A stretch of DNA of 64,000 nucleotides, from positions 55,058,001 to 55,122,000 of the forward strand of contig NC_045697.1 in assembly GCF_009834535.1 (NCBI RefSeq), read 5' to 3'. A model generated the notes under the pieces. The model did not search any database and had not been told where the DNA came from. It worked only from the letters and a program-made list of their open reading frames with translations. Each line of letters starts with the position of its first letter. Positions within the stretch are counted from its first letter, which is position 1. Of this stretch, positions 52,034 to 64,000 are shown in pieces. A program made the position numbers and the translations under genes. Source of the stretch: Camelus ferus (Eukaryota).

Positions 52034-55000
52034 TTGGTTTGCTAGTATTTTGTTGAGAATTTTTGCACCTATGCTCATCAATGATATTGGCCTGTGATTA
52101 TCTTTTTTGTGATATCTTTCTTTTGCTTCGGTATCAGGGTGATGGTAGCCTCATGGAATGAGTTCAGAAGTGTTTCTTCCTCTGCAAATTTTTGAAATAG
52201 TTTCAGAAGGATAGACATTAACTCTTCTCTTAATGTTTAGTAGAATTCACCTGTGAAACCATCTGGTCCGGAACTTTTGTTTGCTGGGACTTAAATTACT
52301 GACTCAATTACAGTACTGGTAATTTGTCTGTTCATACTTTCTATTTCTTCCTGGTCCAGTCTTGGGAGTTTTTACTTTTCTAAGTATTTGTCCATTTCCT
52401 TTATGTTTTCCATTTCACTGGCATATAGTTGCTTGTGGTAGTCTCTTATGATCATTTGTATTTCTGTGGTGTTGGTTATAATTTCTCACTTTTCATTTCT
52501 GATTTTATTGATTTCAGTCATCTCCCTTTTTTCTTTATTAGTCTGGATAAAGTATCACACACCATGATCAAAAGGGATTTATCCCAGGGATGCAAGTGTT
52601 TTTCAATGTCCACAGATCAGTCATGTGATACACCACATTAACAAACTGAAGGCTAAAAACCATATCATCTCAAGCTTTTGACAAAATTCAACATCTATTT
52701 ATGAAAAAACTCTTGAAAAATGGGCATAGAGGGAGCATACCTCAATATAATAAAAGCCATATATGAAAAACCCACAGCTGACATCATACTCAATGATGAA
52801 AAACTGAAAGCATTCCCTCTTAAGTTCAGGAACAAGACACGGATGCCCACTTTAGCCACTTTTATTCAACAAAGTTTTGGAAGTCCTAATCACAGCAATC
52901 AGACAAGAAAAAGAAATGAAAGGAATCCCATTTAGAAGAGAAGTAAAACTTGTTGATTGTAATTGTCATTGATTACAGATGACATGATACTATACATAGA
53001 AAATCCTAAAGATGCTACCGGAAAACCACTAGAGCTCATCGATGAGTTTGGTAAAATTGCAAGTCACAAAATTAATACATAAAAATCTGTTGAATTTCTA
53101 AACACTATGAAATACAAGAATGAGAAATTAATGAATCAATCCCGTTTACCATCACATCAAAAAGAATACCTAAGAATAAACCTACCTAAGGAGGCAAAAG
53201 ACCTGTTCTCCAAAAACTATGAGACCCTGATGAAAGAAATTGAAGGTGATACAAACAGATGGAAAGATACTCTGTGTTCTTGGATTGGAAGAATCAATAT
53301 TGTTAAATTACCATACTACCCAAGGCAGTCTACAGATTCAATGTGATCTTTGTCAAATTATCAATGGCATTTTTCACAGAACTAGAACAAAAAATTTTAA
53401 ATTTGTATGAAAACACAAGACTCCAAATAGCTAAAGCAATCAAGAAAGAAGAATGGAGCTGATGGAATCATTCTCCTTGACTACAGACTGTATTACAAAG
53501 CTACAGTAATCAAAACAATATGGTACTGCCATAAAACAGACATATAGATCAATGGAACAGGAAAAAAGACCAGAAATAAACACATGCACTTAAAGTCAAT
53601 TAATCTATGACAAAGGAGGCAAGAATATACAATGGAGAAAAAAGTCTCTTCGATAAGTGGTGCTGGGAAAACTGGGTAGCTACATGTAAAAGAATTAAAT
53701 TAGAACATTCTCTAGTGCCACATATAGAAATAAACTCAAAATGGATTAAAGACCCAATTTAAGACAGGATACTGAAAAACCCTTAGAGGAAAACATAGGC
53801 AGAACACTGACATAAATCGCAACAATATTTTTTTAGATCTGTTTCCTAGAGTAATGGAAATAAAAACAAAAATAAACAAATGGAACCTAATTAAACTTAA
53901 AAGCTTTTGCACAGCACAGGAAACCTAAACAAAACAAAAAGCCAACCTACAGAATGGGAGAAATATTTGCAAGCAATGAGACTGACAAGGGATTAATTTC
54001 CAAAATAAACAAACAGCTCATTCAGCTTAATATAAAAAACAACAACAAAAAATAACCCAAATAATAATGAGTATAAGACCTAAACAGACATTTCTCCAGT
54101 AAAGACATACAGATGGTCAACAGGCACATGAAAATATACTCAATATTATTAATTATTTGAAAAATGCAACTTAAAACTACAGTGAGGTATCACCTCACCC
54201 CAGTCAGAATGGCCATTATCAAAAAGTCTACAAATAATAAATGCTGGAGTGGTTGTGGAGAAAAAGGAACCCTCCTACACTGTTAGTGGGAATGTAAATT
54301 GGTGCAGCCACTATGGAGAACAGTATGAAGGTTCCTTGAAAAACTAAAAATAGAGTTACCATATGATCCAGCAATACCCCTCCTGGGCATATATCTGGAA
54401 AAGATGAAAATTCTAATTCAAAAAGACACATGTACCCCAGTGTTCATAACAGCACTCTTTACAGTAGCCAAGCCATGGAAGCAACTCAAATGTCCACTGA
54501 ATAATGAATGGATAAAGAAGATGTGGTATACATATACAATGGAATACTACTTGGCCATAAAAAGAATGCAGTAATGACACTTGCAGCAACATAGATGGAC
54601 CTAGAGATTATCATACTAAGTGAAGTGAGTCAGACAGAGAAAGACAAATATCACTATATATGGAAGTTAGAAAAGACAAATATCCCTTATATAAATATCA
54701 CTATGATATCACCTATACATGGAATATAAAAAAAAGATATACAAATGAACTTATTTGCAAAGCAGAAATAGACTCATAGACATAGAAAACAAATGTATGG
54801 TTGCCAAGGAGGGGGAAGTGGGGAAGGGATAAATTAGGAGTTTGGGATTAACAGATACACACTACTATATATAAAATAGATAAACAACAAGGACCTACTG
54901 TGTAGCATAGGGAACTGTATTTAATACCTTGTAATAACGTATAATGGAAAATAATCTGAAAAAGAATATATATATATATATTATATATATATATATATAT

Positions 55001-55087
55001 AAAACAATCACTTTGCAGTATACCTGAAACTAACATAATATTGTAAAGCAACTATACTTCAATAGAAAAGATTAAAAATAATAATTG
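52034..55087 (+). mobile_element. LINE-1 with 5' inversion: 52034-52550 inverted (-), 52551-55087 sense ORF2 and 3'UTR
   Basis: Antisense KILNKILAN...PDGFTGEF segment, then sense HHDQ...[22 protein letters not shown]...WIGRINIVK through the 3'UTR; flanking AAGGAGAT at 52026-33 and 55088-95. Confidence 0.95.
54966..55001. repeat. (TA)n microsatellite within the L1 3'UTR
   Basis: Interrupted TA run. Confidence 0.9.
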
Positions 55088-55384
55088 AAGGAGATAATTC
55101 ATGAAAATTTTCAGATATACTTTTTATATGTTCAAGCTTTTACAGAATACTTTTATACCTAATGTTATATCAAGACACTTTTCTGATGAAATAAGGAAAA
55201 AAAGCAGCCTTTTATTTCTCTGTGTTGAACATAACAGTTTTTAGCAAGAGAACAGAATCTTTTTGACAATTGCTTTTTTTAAAGAGCCATTGTGGTCTCT
55301 TTGATAATATAGAGGCGTGGCTGAGAAGGCACTGTCCAATCAGAGATAACAAGGATTTCCTAGTACTTTTTGCATCTTTGTGGG

Positions 55385-55655
55385 ACCACATGACTGGTTG
55401 TCTCTAATGGAAAATGATGAAATGATTTAAAAGTTTGTATGCCATCTCCACGTGCTCCTTCCCCTTTCATTGTCTTCATGAAAAAAATTATGGTGACCAC
55501 TCAAACCAAATGTTGAACATAGAAGAACTTATAATATGGAATGAACCCAGGTCCCATAATTAGCATTTTGAAGACAGCTGCCCATCAAACAGGAGGATAC
55601 GTTTTAGGCTTTGCTTAGTTAAGTAATAAACTCTTACTGTGGTTGAGGCATTATG
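55385..55655 (+). mobile_element. Ancient MaLR LTR fragment (MLT1J-like)
   Basis: catgactggtt...ctaatggaaaatg, atggaatgaacccaggtccc...ttgaagacagctgccc, aataaactcttactgtg. Confidence 0.55.
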
Positions 55656-57174
55656 TATACATCCTAATTTTATTAAACAGTATACCTTAAAGATATATTC
55701 ACAAAAAGTGATTAATTTGTTTTATAATTTAATTAGACGTTTTACTACAAGTAGAAAAAGTTGATTCTTGCTGGAATGCATGTGATTTTTAGATTTGCAC
55801 AAGGCAATATTGAAAAAGTCTCTTAAAAATCTTGGGAAGATTTAAAAATACTATGAATCACTTCAGCAGCAAAAGTTTGAGCCATTCTGGAGCAGCCGCA
55901 TCATACAGTTCCATCAAATTCTAATTTCAAGTCTCATTGTTTTATGATGAGAAGCGACCATTTGTATTGAACTATGATCTTCTTTTTCTCTTACCTTCTG
56001 CATGACAGATGCAATTAACTGCTTTGCTGTTTAATCCCAGGGAAGAATTGTACACTTATTTGTTAGTGCTTCCTGTTATTTCAAAACAGAGAAACAATAA
56101 TTTGAATTAATGGACTCAAAGGCAGCAGATAAAGTCTTGTACAGTGACAGTTTTGGAACTCAGTCTCTGTGATGTCAATATAAAGTGAACGCAGTTCAGT
56201 AGTATGGTGTAGCACCTTCCTGATCAGGTGAATATCGCTCACTACATGCTTTATTTGGCAGAACATTATTAAATTGATGAGATACTCAAATATAAAGCTG
56301 TGTTCTTAGTATGAAATCAAGAATGATTCCCAGTATTATCTTCCTGAGTTTTGGTGACTTGTAGAAAGTATTGATAGAGAAAGGCTAGAGGTTATAAATT
56401 GATCTGGATTAAAAAGATAGAGGTTTTGACAATTCCTTCATTCAGTAGCATTTAATATCAGTTAATCTTTTATTTTTTCTATTTTGCTGTTTTGAAGTTA
56501 TAATAATTATACAGAAGACTCAGGGGAGGGACTCTTCAGTATATCACATTCTCTATAGAACATTTTAGTATATAACATTACAAAAATATCACTGTAGTGA
56601 AAGCTGGATTGAATTTCAGGCAGCTGTTTCTCATCAGTTTCAAAATGTCTGTTTTAGAAGCAGAAGACTGGAAAACGGTCTCCTTTGTGTAGCATTGCTA
56701 ATTAAGGGAGGTTCTTAAAATTTACTGTCTTGACTTTTCACAAACACATTTAACCATTGTTCACATGCATGCATCCACCTCTCACTTAAAATAATCAACC
56801 AGTCTTGAACATAGATATGCATCCCCCTTGTCCTGAGGAGAGCCCCAGGGAAGCTTGTTCAGCAGTGACATCAAAGTTAAAGAGATTTGCTCTTGTAAGC
56901 TAAATAACTTCCTGTGTTCTACTATACTTGAATTTCTCCCTAAGGTTGACAGAAGGAAGGGAAAAGGAAAGGTAAGCAAATAAGCAAAAAACTATCACTG
57001 CTTCTATAAAAGTTAGACATATATGCTCCTGTGAGTGACATTTAGGTAAATTACATTTGACAGTGACTTTGTTTTTATTGTTCTTAACTATATATTTATG
57101 TCACTGTTGAGTAGGGAAAATTCTCAGTTAAGAAATTGAGCCTTTTAATTGATGCTTTTCAAAATATACCTGCA

Positions 57175-57312
57175 TAGCATCTTAAAACTTGAAAGGTCCT
57201 TAGAGCCCCATTCCCTCATTTAATGGAGCAAATATAATACCTGAAGTGACTTGTCCAAGATCACACAACTAGTCAGTGGGAGAGTTGGAACCAGAATCCG
57301 GATATCTTGCAT
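57175..57312 (-). mobile_element. MIR fragment
   Basis: tgaagtgacttgtccaagatcacacaactagtcagtgggagagttggaaccagaatcc. Confidence 0.7.
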
Positions 57313-59030
57313 CTATTTTTTCTTTGTCTTTCTGATTTTTCTTTTCATCTAATTAGTTTACTCCAATAAGCATTTCTGTTTCACATTGTGGATTTTTTAA
57401 AACAAATATTTAGCATAGTAATGTTACTTTCTTTAGTTGGTCACTCTTAGAAACTGTTCTTGGAATAAAGAGAAACACAACATTTTGGTTTGCTATTGTG
57501 ATTTGAATTTCTAACTTATTTACTACCATTTAAGACCTCTAATGAAAATTGATCTTCAAAATAAAAGTACTTATTTCAGAGATATTTAAGGAGCATTTCC
57601 TGTTGGAAAATGTCTGAGGCTACTAACATGGGATTAAATGAAGCCATATTTTATTTCTTGGCAAAAATTTGACCTACTCTAGTCCTACTCTATAAATGTG
57701 CAACAAAAAGCCATTTAAAATATCTAATGCAATAAGCTTTTCTTTCAAGTTCTAAAATCTATGTATAATTCAAAATGCTTTATTCCTTCTCTTTCTAAAT
57801 AAACATCTGAAGAAAGAATGGTAGCCTTAACATTGAATTCCTTGGTCTTTGTCAGGTTTGTCACAATATTAGTGGTATTTAAATGTGATGTTTTTACCTA
57901 CGAGTTTGAATTAAACATGGATTCTATTTATTATCAGCACATGCCTAGTGGCCAGTTTTTAAATGATACTACTGCTGAGTTGAATAATTATAAATAAAAC
58001 TGTGCCAAAAGTTAATTGATTATTTTAGGGTAATCAATATTTTTTAAAAGGGGGATTTTTAGTTGGCTAACAGCAAATGAATTTTATTCCATGGTCGTGG
58101 TACTGAATGATTTTTTAAAAATATATCAATAAGAAAATGTACTATCTTTCAGATTAACACAAGAGGGTGAGCTGAATAAAAGTTATCTTGTTTTTATTTG
58201 CAAAGGCCATTAGGCTGAGTATCTAAAATTATATGTAATCAGGGTGCTATAAATTGTTTTCCTTGTGATGAAGTTCTGATCCATTAATGGCTATGTCACT
58301 TTTCAAAAATAAATGAATCGAACCAACCCTTGATCATTATATTTGATCATGTTTTTGTTATTTCAATGGATAACTTTTAATGAGTGGTAGAAAAATTTCA
58401 GACCTTAAAAATTTTTTAAATTTGTTATTCTTTTATAGTCTGGTAAAGAGTTGAAAAGTACTATGAATTATAGTTTTAAAAAATTCTAACACCCTGAATG
58501 GCTCTGTATTTGTGTTTAACATGTCATCAAAGACCTCTGGCCTTCCAATTATTATTTAAGTTTCTAGTTCTGATGTGAAGACTATGATAAATAAATATGT
58601 CATGTATCATACAGATCTCCCACATAATATGTTCATATATCATCTGTTTATCTATCAACTGCCTATCTTTTTTCTGTTTACCTGTCTTTCCATTCCTTTA
58701 CTTGTCTTTCTTGCCATATATTGGGGATGGCAAAAATTTTTTTCTGCTTGACCACGTTAGCTTTCAGAGGGACCTGAAAGGATTTCAAACCCAGCTGTAA
58801 ATTCTTCCTTAAAGATGTTGTGCTGTCTCTTACTGCTATAAGAAGGTATCGTGATATAGTGGCTTTCTTAGAGTCTGAAAACAAAAAGTTTATCAGTTAC
58901 ATTTTGCTTCCTGGTGCCAAGCTAGTGGGAAACCAAGACATCATTTAGTTCTTATAAGTAATACATGAAAGTGTCTATTTAAAGTTGGCTGAGAAGGGCA
59001 TGCATATACATAGAGAAATGCCACAGATTC

Positions 59031-59060
59031 CCTTCCTTCCTTACTTACTTACTTACTTAC
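59031..59060. repeat. (CCTT)/(TTAC)n compound tetranucleotide repeat
   Basis: ccttccttccttacttacttacttacttac. Confidence 0.9.
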
Positions 59061-60203
59061 CCAGTGGTTAGTATTCCTTAAGTCTTTTTACATGATTTTC
59101 AGTGCCTTATTATCTGAACTTGAATCCAGATGGGGAAATGTATGCATTATGGATAGTACAGTGCTGATTATAGTAATCATACACTTAACTGTAATTGTTG
59201 TGCCACTTTTTGAGAATTTGCAAAATCTTGTAAGTCTGTACCCACTTTTTCACTGCCCTTTTGACTTCAGATACATAAAACATTTTAACCCAAAGATAGA
59301 CCAAAGGTAAAAAGGAAAACTTGAGTTAAGATCACAGAAGGGAAGTGTTCCTTTTCATGAGTGAGCAAATATACATAAATTCAAATATAATACATATTCA
59401 TGGCCCTTCTCATTCTTCCTCCTGCCTTCTACCACTACAAACTGAAAAGTAACCTCTGAAAAAATGTAGATATAAGATAAAAATATTTACAAACATATAA
59501 ATACAGTTTTCTGTCCTTCCACACTGTTTCCCTATGTGTTTTTCTTTTTCAATGTAGAAGAGCTCCCCTAATTTATATTTTTCCTCCTTTCAAAATAAAT
59601 TACTGTGAATTAACATGTACACAGGAGGGAGTTGCAAGGAAGCAGAGAATATGTAGTTGCAAATCTGAAAACTTTCTCTTATTCGTGTAGAAATCAGCTT
59701 ATCCATGTATAGAGACAAGGCCTTTCCAAAGCTGGGCCCAGGTACGATGCTAGTGGGGCCTTTAATAACTATCCATATGCTATGTATTACATATGTATAC
59801 ATATATATTGTATAAAGCACATAGTGCAGAATGTATAGTTCATAGTACATATATATAATGAATAATGTATAGTGTATAGTACATACACAATTTCTGCTTG
59901 GATCTTATAAAAGAAATACCAAAGATTCCAATGTCTGGTAAAACTCCAAGTGGAAAATCTTGACATGCTCCTCTGTAAAGTAGTTGCAAAACTTTCCTTC
60001 TTGGTATGTATATTTCTATGCTTCTGATTCTAAGAGCATAAGGTACTGCAGACGTTTCCCCCATGTCGCTGCTTCCCGAGATGACCAAGCCCTATGTCCC
60101 TCAGTCAGTGACCCTCTGAGATCCTGCAACACTCAGTCAGCCAGTGGCCCAGGCTGCAACTGACTTCAGCTCTTCAATGGTTTTTGGATCATTGGTTTCC
60201 ACT

Positions 60204-60662
60204 TGCTTTAGTTTTCTAGGGCTGCATAGCCAAGTACCACAAACTGGGTAGCTTTCAACAACAGAAAGTTATTGTTTCACACCTCTGAGCTCTGGAAGTA
60301 AGAAATCAAGGTATCAGCAGGGTGGATTCTTGTCTAGGCTCTTAGAGATAATTTGTTGCATGGCTCTTATTAGTTTCTGTTGGTTGCTGGCAATACTTGG
60401 TGTTCTTTGGCTTGTAGCTACATCACTCCCATCTCTGCCTCTATTCTCAAATGGTTTTCTTTCCTCTGTATATCTGTGTCCAAATTTCCCTCATCTTAGA
60501 AAGACAAAAGTCATTAGATGAGGGCCTGCCGAATCTGAGTATAACCTAAGTATGACCCCATCTTATGTTGATTGCAAAGACCATATTTCCAAATTTTTCA
60601 ATCGTGGGTACTGGGGGTTAGATCTTCAGCATATCTTTTTGGGGGACACAGTCCTACCTACA
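60204..60662 (-). mobile_element. MaLR LTR (MLT1B/C-like)
   Basis: tagttttctagggctgcatagccaagtaccacaaactggg...aaatcaaggtatcagcaggg...tgcaaagaccatatttccaaat...gggggacacagt...aca. Confidence 0.88.
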
Positions 60663-60964
60663 GTAGCCTGCTGGTATGCACATGCAGCTGCATATGCTGA
60701 GAGACTCTTGTGATACTTAAGTGACTGGTCCAAGATAGTTTTCAGGATTCACTGCATCTTGTGCTGGGAACAGCACAGAACTCTTGTGCCTGATAGCTTA
60801 AAGTTGTTTTCACTCCATGGGAAAACAGTCCATGAATAAGGAAAGTGGACCTCAGAACACATAAGTAATAAATCAACACTCTAAAACAAATGTTAGATCT
60901 CAGAAGAAAAAAACAGGTCTTCTAATTTTGTTTAAGGGATTAGAGATCTCTAGACTTCTAGAAG

Positions 60965-61025
60965 ACTCTCTAGAGGTGAAGCCCAGGAATTTCCAATTTT
61001 ATCAAGCAGCTCAGGAAATCTGGAA
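60965..61025. mobile_element. Possible MER5-like hAT fragment
   Basis: ggtgaagcccaggaatttccaattttatcaagcagctcagg. Confidence 0.35.
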
Positions 61026-61115
61026 ATGGATTACCTCTTCTGAAGCTACCTCTTCGAATCTACCCTGCATTTTGAATTGTTTCTTCAAGAATAAATTTAA
61101 AGAAAAGTCCTTTTT

Positions 61116-62442
61116 CAAAGCTGAAGTATAATTGACATACAATATTATATTAGTTTCAGGTGTAAAAATAGTGATTGGATATCTATATATTACAAAATGA
61201 TTACCACAGTAAATTCAGTTACCATTTGTCACCACACAAAGTTATACAATATTATTGATTATAGTCCCCATAGTGTACGTTAGAGCCCCATGATCTATTC
61301 ACTCTATAACTGAAACTTTGTATCTGTTTATCCTCCTTGTTCATTTCATATATCCCTCAACACTCCTCCCATCTGGCAGCCACCAGTCTGTTCTCTGTAA
61401 CTGTGAGTCTGGTTTTGTTTTGCTTTGTTTTCCAGATTCTGCATTATCAGTGAAATCATGATACTGGTTCTCTCTGACTTATTTTACTTAGCATAATACC
61501 CTCAGAGTCCACCTATGTTGTCGCAGATGGTAAGGTTTCATTCCTTTTTATGGCTGAGCAATATTCTATTGTGTATATATACAGTACATCTTCTTTGTCC
61601 ATTTATCTCTCAGTGTACGTAGGTTGTTTCTATATCTTGGCTATTATAAATAATGCTGCAGTGAACATAGGGAAGCATATACTTTTTCAAATTAATATTT
61701 TGTTCCCTTCAAATAAATACCCAGAAGTTGAATTGCTGGATCATATGGTAGTTCTATTTTTAAGGTTTTGAGGACCCTCTGTTCTGTTTTCTATAGTGGC
61801 TGCATTTTACATTCCCACCAACAGCACACAAGTATTCCCTTTCTTCCACATTCTTGCCAACACTTATTATTTCTTATCTTTTTGATAACAGATATTCTGA
61901 CAAGTATGAGGTGATTTTGATTTGCATTTGCATCACTGTGGTTTTGATTTGCATTTCCCTGATGATTAGTGATGTTGACATTTTTCTTGTGTCTATTTGA
62001 CATCTTCATGTCTTCGCTGGAAAAATATCTGTTCAGTTTCTCTGCCCATTTTTAATTGAATTGTCCTTTTTTTGTTACTGAGTTGTATGAGTTCTTTATA
62101 TATTTTGGATATTAACCTTATCAGATAAATGATTTGCAAGTATCTTCTCCTATTCGATAGGTTGTCTTTTTGTTTTGTTCATGATTCCCTTTGCTGGGCA
62201 GAACAAAGCTGGAGGTATCATGCACCCTTATTTCAAACTGTACTACAAAGCTATAGTAATCAAAACAAAAATTAACTAAAAATGAGTTAAAAACTTGGAT
62301 GTGAGACCTGACACCATAAAACTCCTGGAAGAAAACATAGGCAGTAATTTTTTGACATCAGTCTTAGCAATATGTTTTTGAAACTGATTCCAAAGGCAAC
62401 AAAAGCAAAAATAAACAAATAATACTACACCAAACTAAAGAG
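61116..62442 (-). mobile_element. LINE-1 3' end (-) 61116-62200 with inverted 5' segment (+) about 62201-62442
   Basis: Antisense 3'UTR and ORF2 C-terminus up to ccctttgctgggcagaa; then sense aacaaagctggaggtatc (NKAGGI)...aaactcctggaagaaaacatagg...caaactaaagag. Confidence 0.9.
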
Positions 62443-62559
62443 TGTCTTTTTTATTAATTGCAGAGAGCATTTCTTTTTATTGTTTATTGGTTTTAATCAT
62501 GAACATCAAAGGCTATTTTAAAATTAAGTAATATTTGATTACCTCTTCTTACTGATAAA

Positions 62560-63175
62560 ATAATACTTTGCTAAGTATAAACCACCTGGGGAAAAATGCA
62601 AAATTTTGTAAACAAAATAAATCATTCTAACATTTAGTGATTATAACTATTAAGATTTTGATGTGTTTTATTGCTACCTTTATTTCCATTTTAATATATG
62701 CACATGCATGCTTTAAAATATTTATATATTTTGACTGAATCTTGCATTTCATGAATATTTCCTGCTATTATTAGCATGTTTTCTATCTTATCAATATAAT
62801 TTAGTGTAACTGATTTTGGTTTATTGTTGTAAATTTAAGCTGTTTCTAATTTTTTACCATCTTTGGACATATATTTGAATGAATCTTTTATTTGTAAGAA
62901 TAATTTCTCGTTCTGAAAGATATAATGTCAGAAGCACTGTCTGAAAGTATAAAAGTCTAAAAATACAATCTCAAACTAAAACTATCTAAAGCTTTTTATA
63001 AATATCATTTTGCGTTCTGGGAAATCAACGTAAATTCACATTCCCTGCAGTAAAGCGTGATTTACAGTTTTAAAAATTTCATCTTATCAAAGAATGGGAT
63101 ATATACTTCATGCAAGGGTAGAATGTAAGGCATAGTTTTGCACTGGGTAGCTTTTGTTAAGAATTTTACGTTAAT
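62560..63175 (-). mobile_element. Ancient L1 (L1ME-like) remnant
   Basis: aatttaagctgtttctaattttttaccat, aattcacattccctgcag. Confidence 0.4.
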
Positions 63176-63184
63176 ATTATGTGA

Positions 63185-63445
63185 CCACATTTCCAAAACT
63201 GTGTTTCATGGAACACTATAGACAAAAGGGTTTTGTGGTCTAAAAGGTTTGGAAAGCATTAAATATTAGGTTACTCCTTTTGGAGATTCAAAACGTACAT
63301 TAATTTAATAAGGACTAAGATGATCTACAGTAAACGGGTACATCAGAACCAAATTAGACTCAGTGTATTCCAAGACTCAAAGGAGCACAGAATCCTATCC
63401 TTGTGTAACATATTAAAATTTGCATATTCCATGGGATAAATGCTG
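63185..63445 (-). mobile_element. MER103-like hAT-Charlie element
   Basis: tttccaaaactgtgtttcatggaacacta...aagggttttgtggtc...gtttggaaagc...ttggagattcaaaacgtacattaat. Confidence 0.75.
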
Positions 63446-63814
63446 GAATATAAAATCCTTGCCTAGTTCTAACTTAGAAGTAACCATATATTATGGTAGA
63501 AGAGTTTTCTTTGTTTTATTAGTCTGCACTGATAAAATAATTAATCTTCTCTAATGAGGACCCAAAACAAAGAAACAAACAAACTTGTCCTCTGTGTGAA
63601 TGTACTACATGCTTAGCTATTAAATGATATTTGACTATATATATATTAAAAATAATTGTGTTTAGTAATTCAAGAAAAATATGTAGAGACACTTTTCTTG
63701 TAAATCGGCTATTTTTGCCTTTCTAGAAAGGAAAAGCTGATGTTTTAGTTTTTTTAATACCTCAAAACTGGCTCAATAGCTTAAAAAATTACTTTACTTG
63801 AAATATTACTAGAA

Positions 63815-64000
63815 TATTAAATGTTGGTGAGAATGTGAGAAGCTGGAACTTTTACACATGAATGTGAAGATTGTGTATTTATATGACTGCTGCAGAAAAC
63901 AGTATGGCATATTCAGGAAAAGGTGAAGATATTCACAATGTATAACCAATACTTCTACTCCTAGCAGTATACCCTTTAAAAGCACTTGCCATATATACTC
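63815..64000 (+). mobile_element. Old L1 fragment (ORF2 C-terminal region); runs off the window end
   Basis: aaatgttggtgagaatgtgagaagctggaactttt...gaaaacagtatggca...tctactcctag. Confidence 0.7.

Noticed and set aside
1..64000. Inferring host-gene orientation from L1/LTR strand bias
   Set aside because: Elements occur on both strands and are too few for a reliable bias

Overview
AT-rich, CpG-depleted mammalian genomic DNA, most likely camelid (alpaca/llama/camel), judged from two Vic-1-type tRNA-derived SINEs. It reads as intergenic or deep-intronic: I found no convincing host protein-coding exon, RNA gene or CRISPR-like system. Every recognisable ORF in the track is a decayed LINE-1 ORF2 fragment, its antisense shadow, or a chance ORF. 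Much of the window is transposon-derived: about 10 L1 copies, several MaLR (MLT1) LTRs, ancient MIR and L2 fragments, and the DNA transposons MER82, MER94 and MER103. The most notable structures are (i) a compact 295-bp CpG-retaining solo LTR of a family I do not recognise, with TATA, AATAAA and an AP-1/NRF2 site, inside a MIR > MLT1 > (MLT1, LTR) nest; (ii) an L1 with 5'UTR + inverted endonuclease segment + 3' half; (iii) two classical twin-priming L1 inversions; (iv) a tail-less SINE; and (v) a few repeat-free blocks that may be enhancers. Family names come from recalled consensus sequences, not database searches, and boundaries of old repeats are approximate. I cannot support a claim of a novel biological system here.
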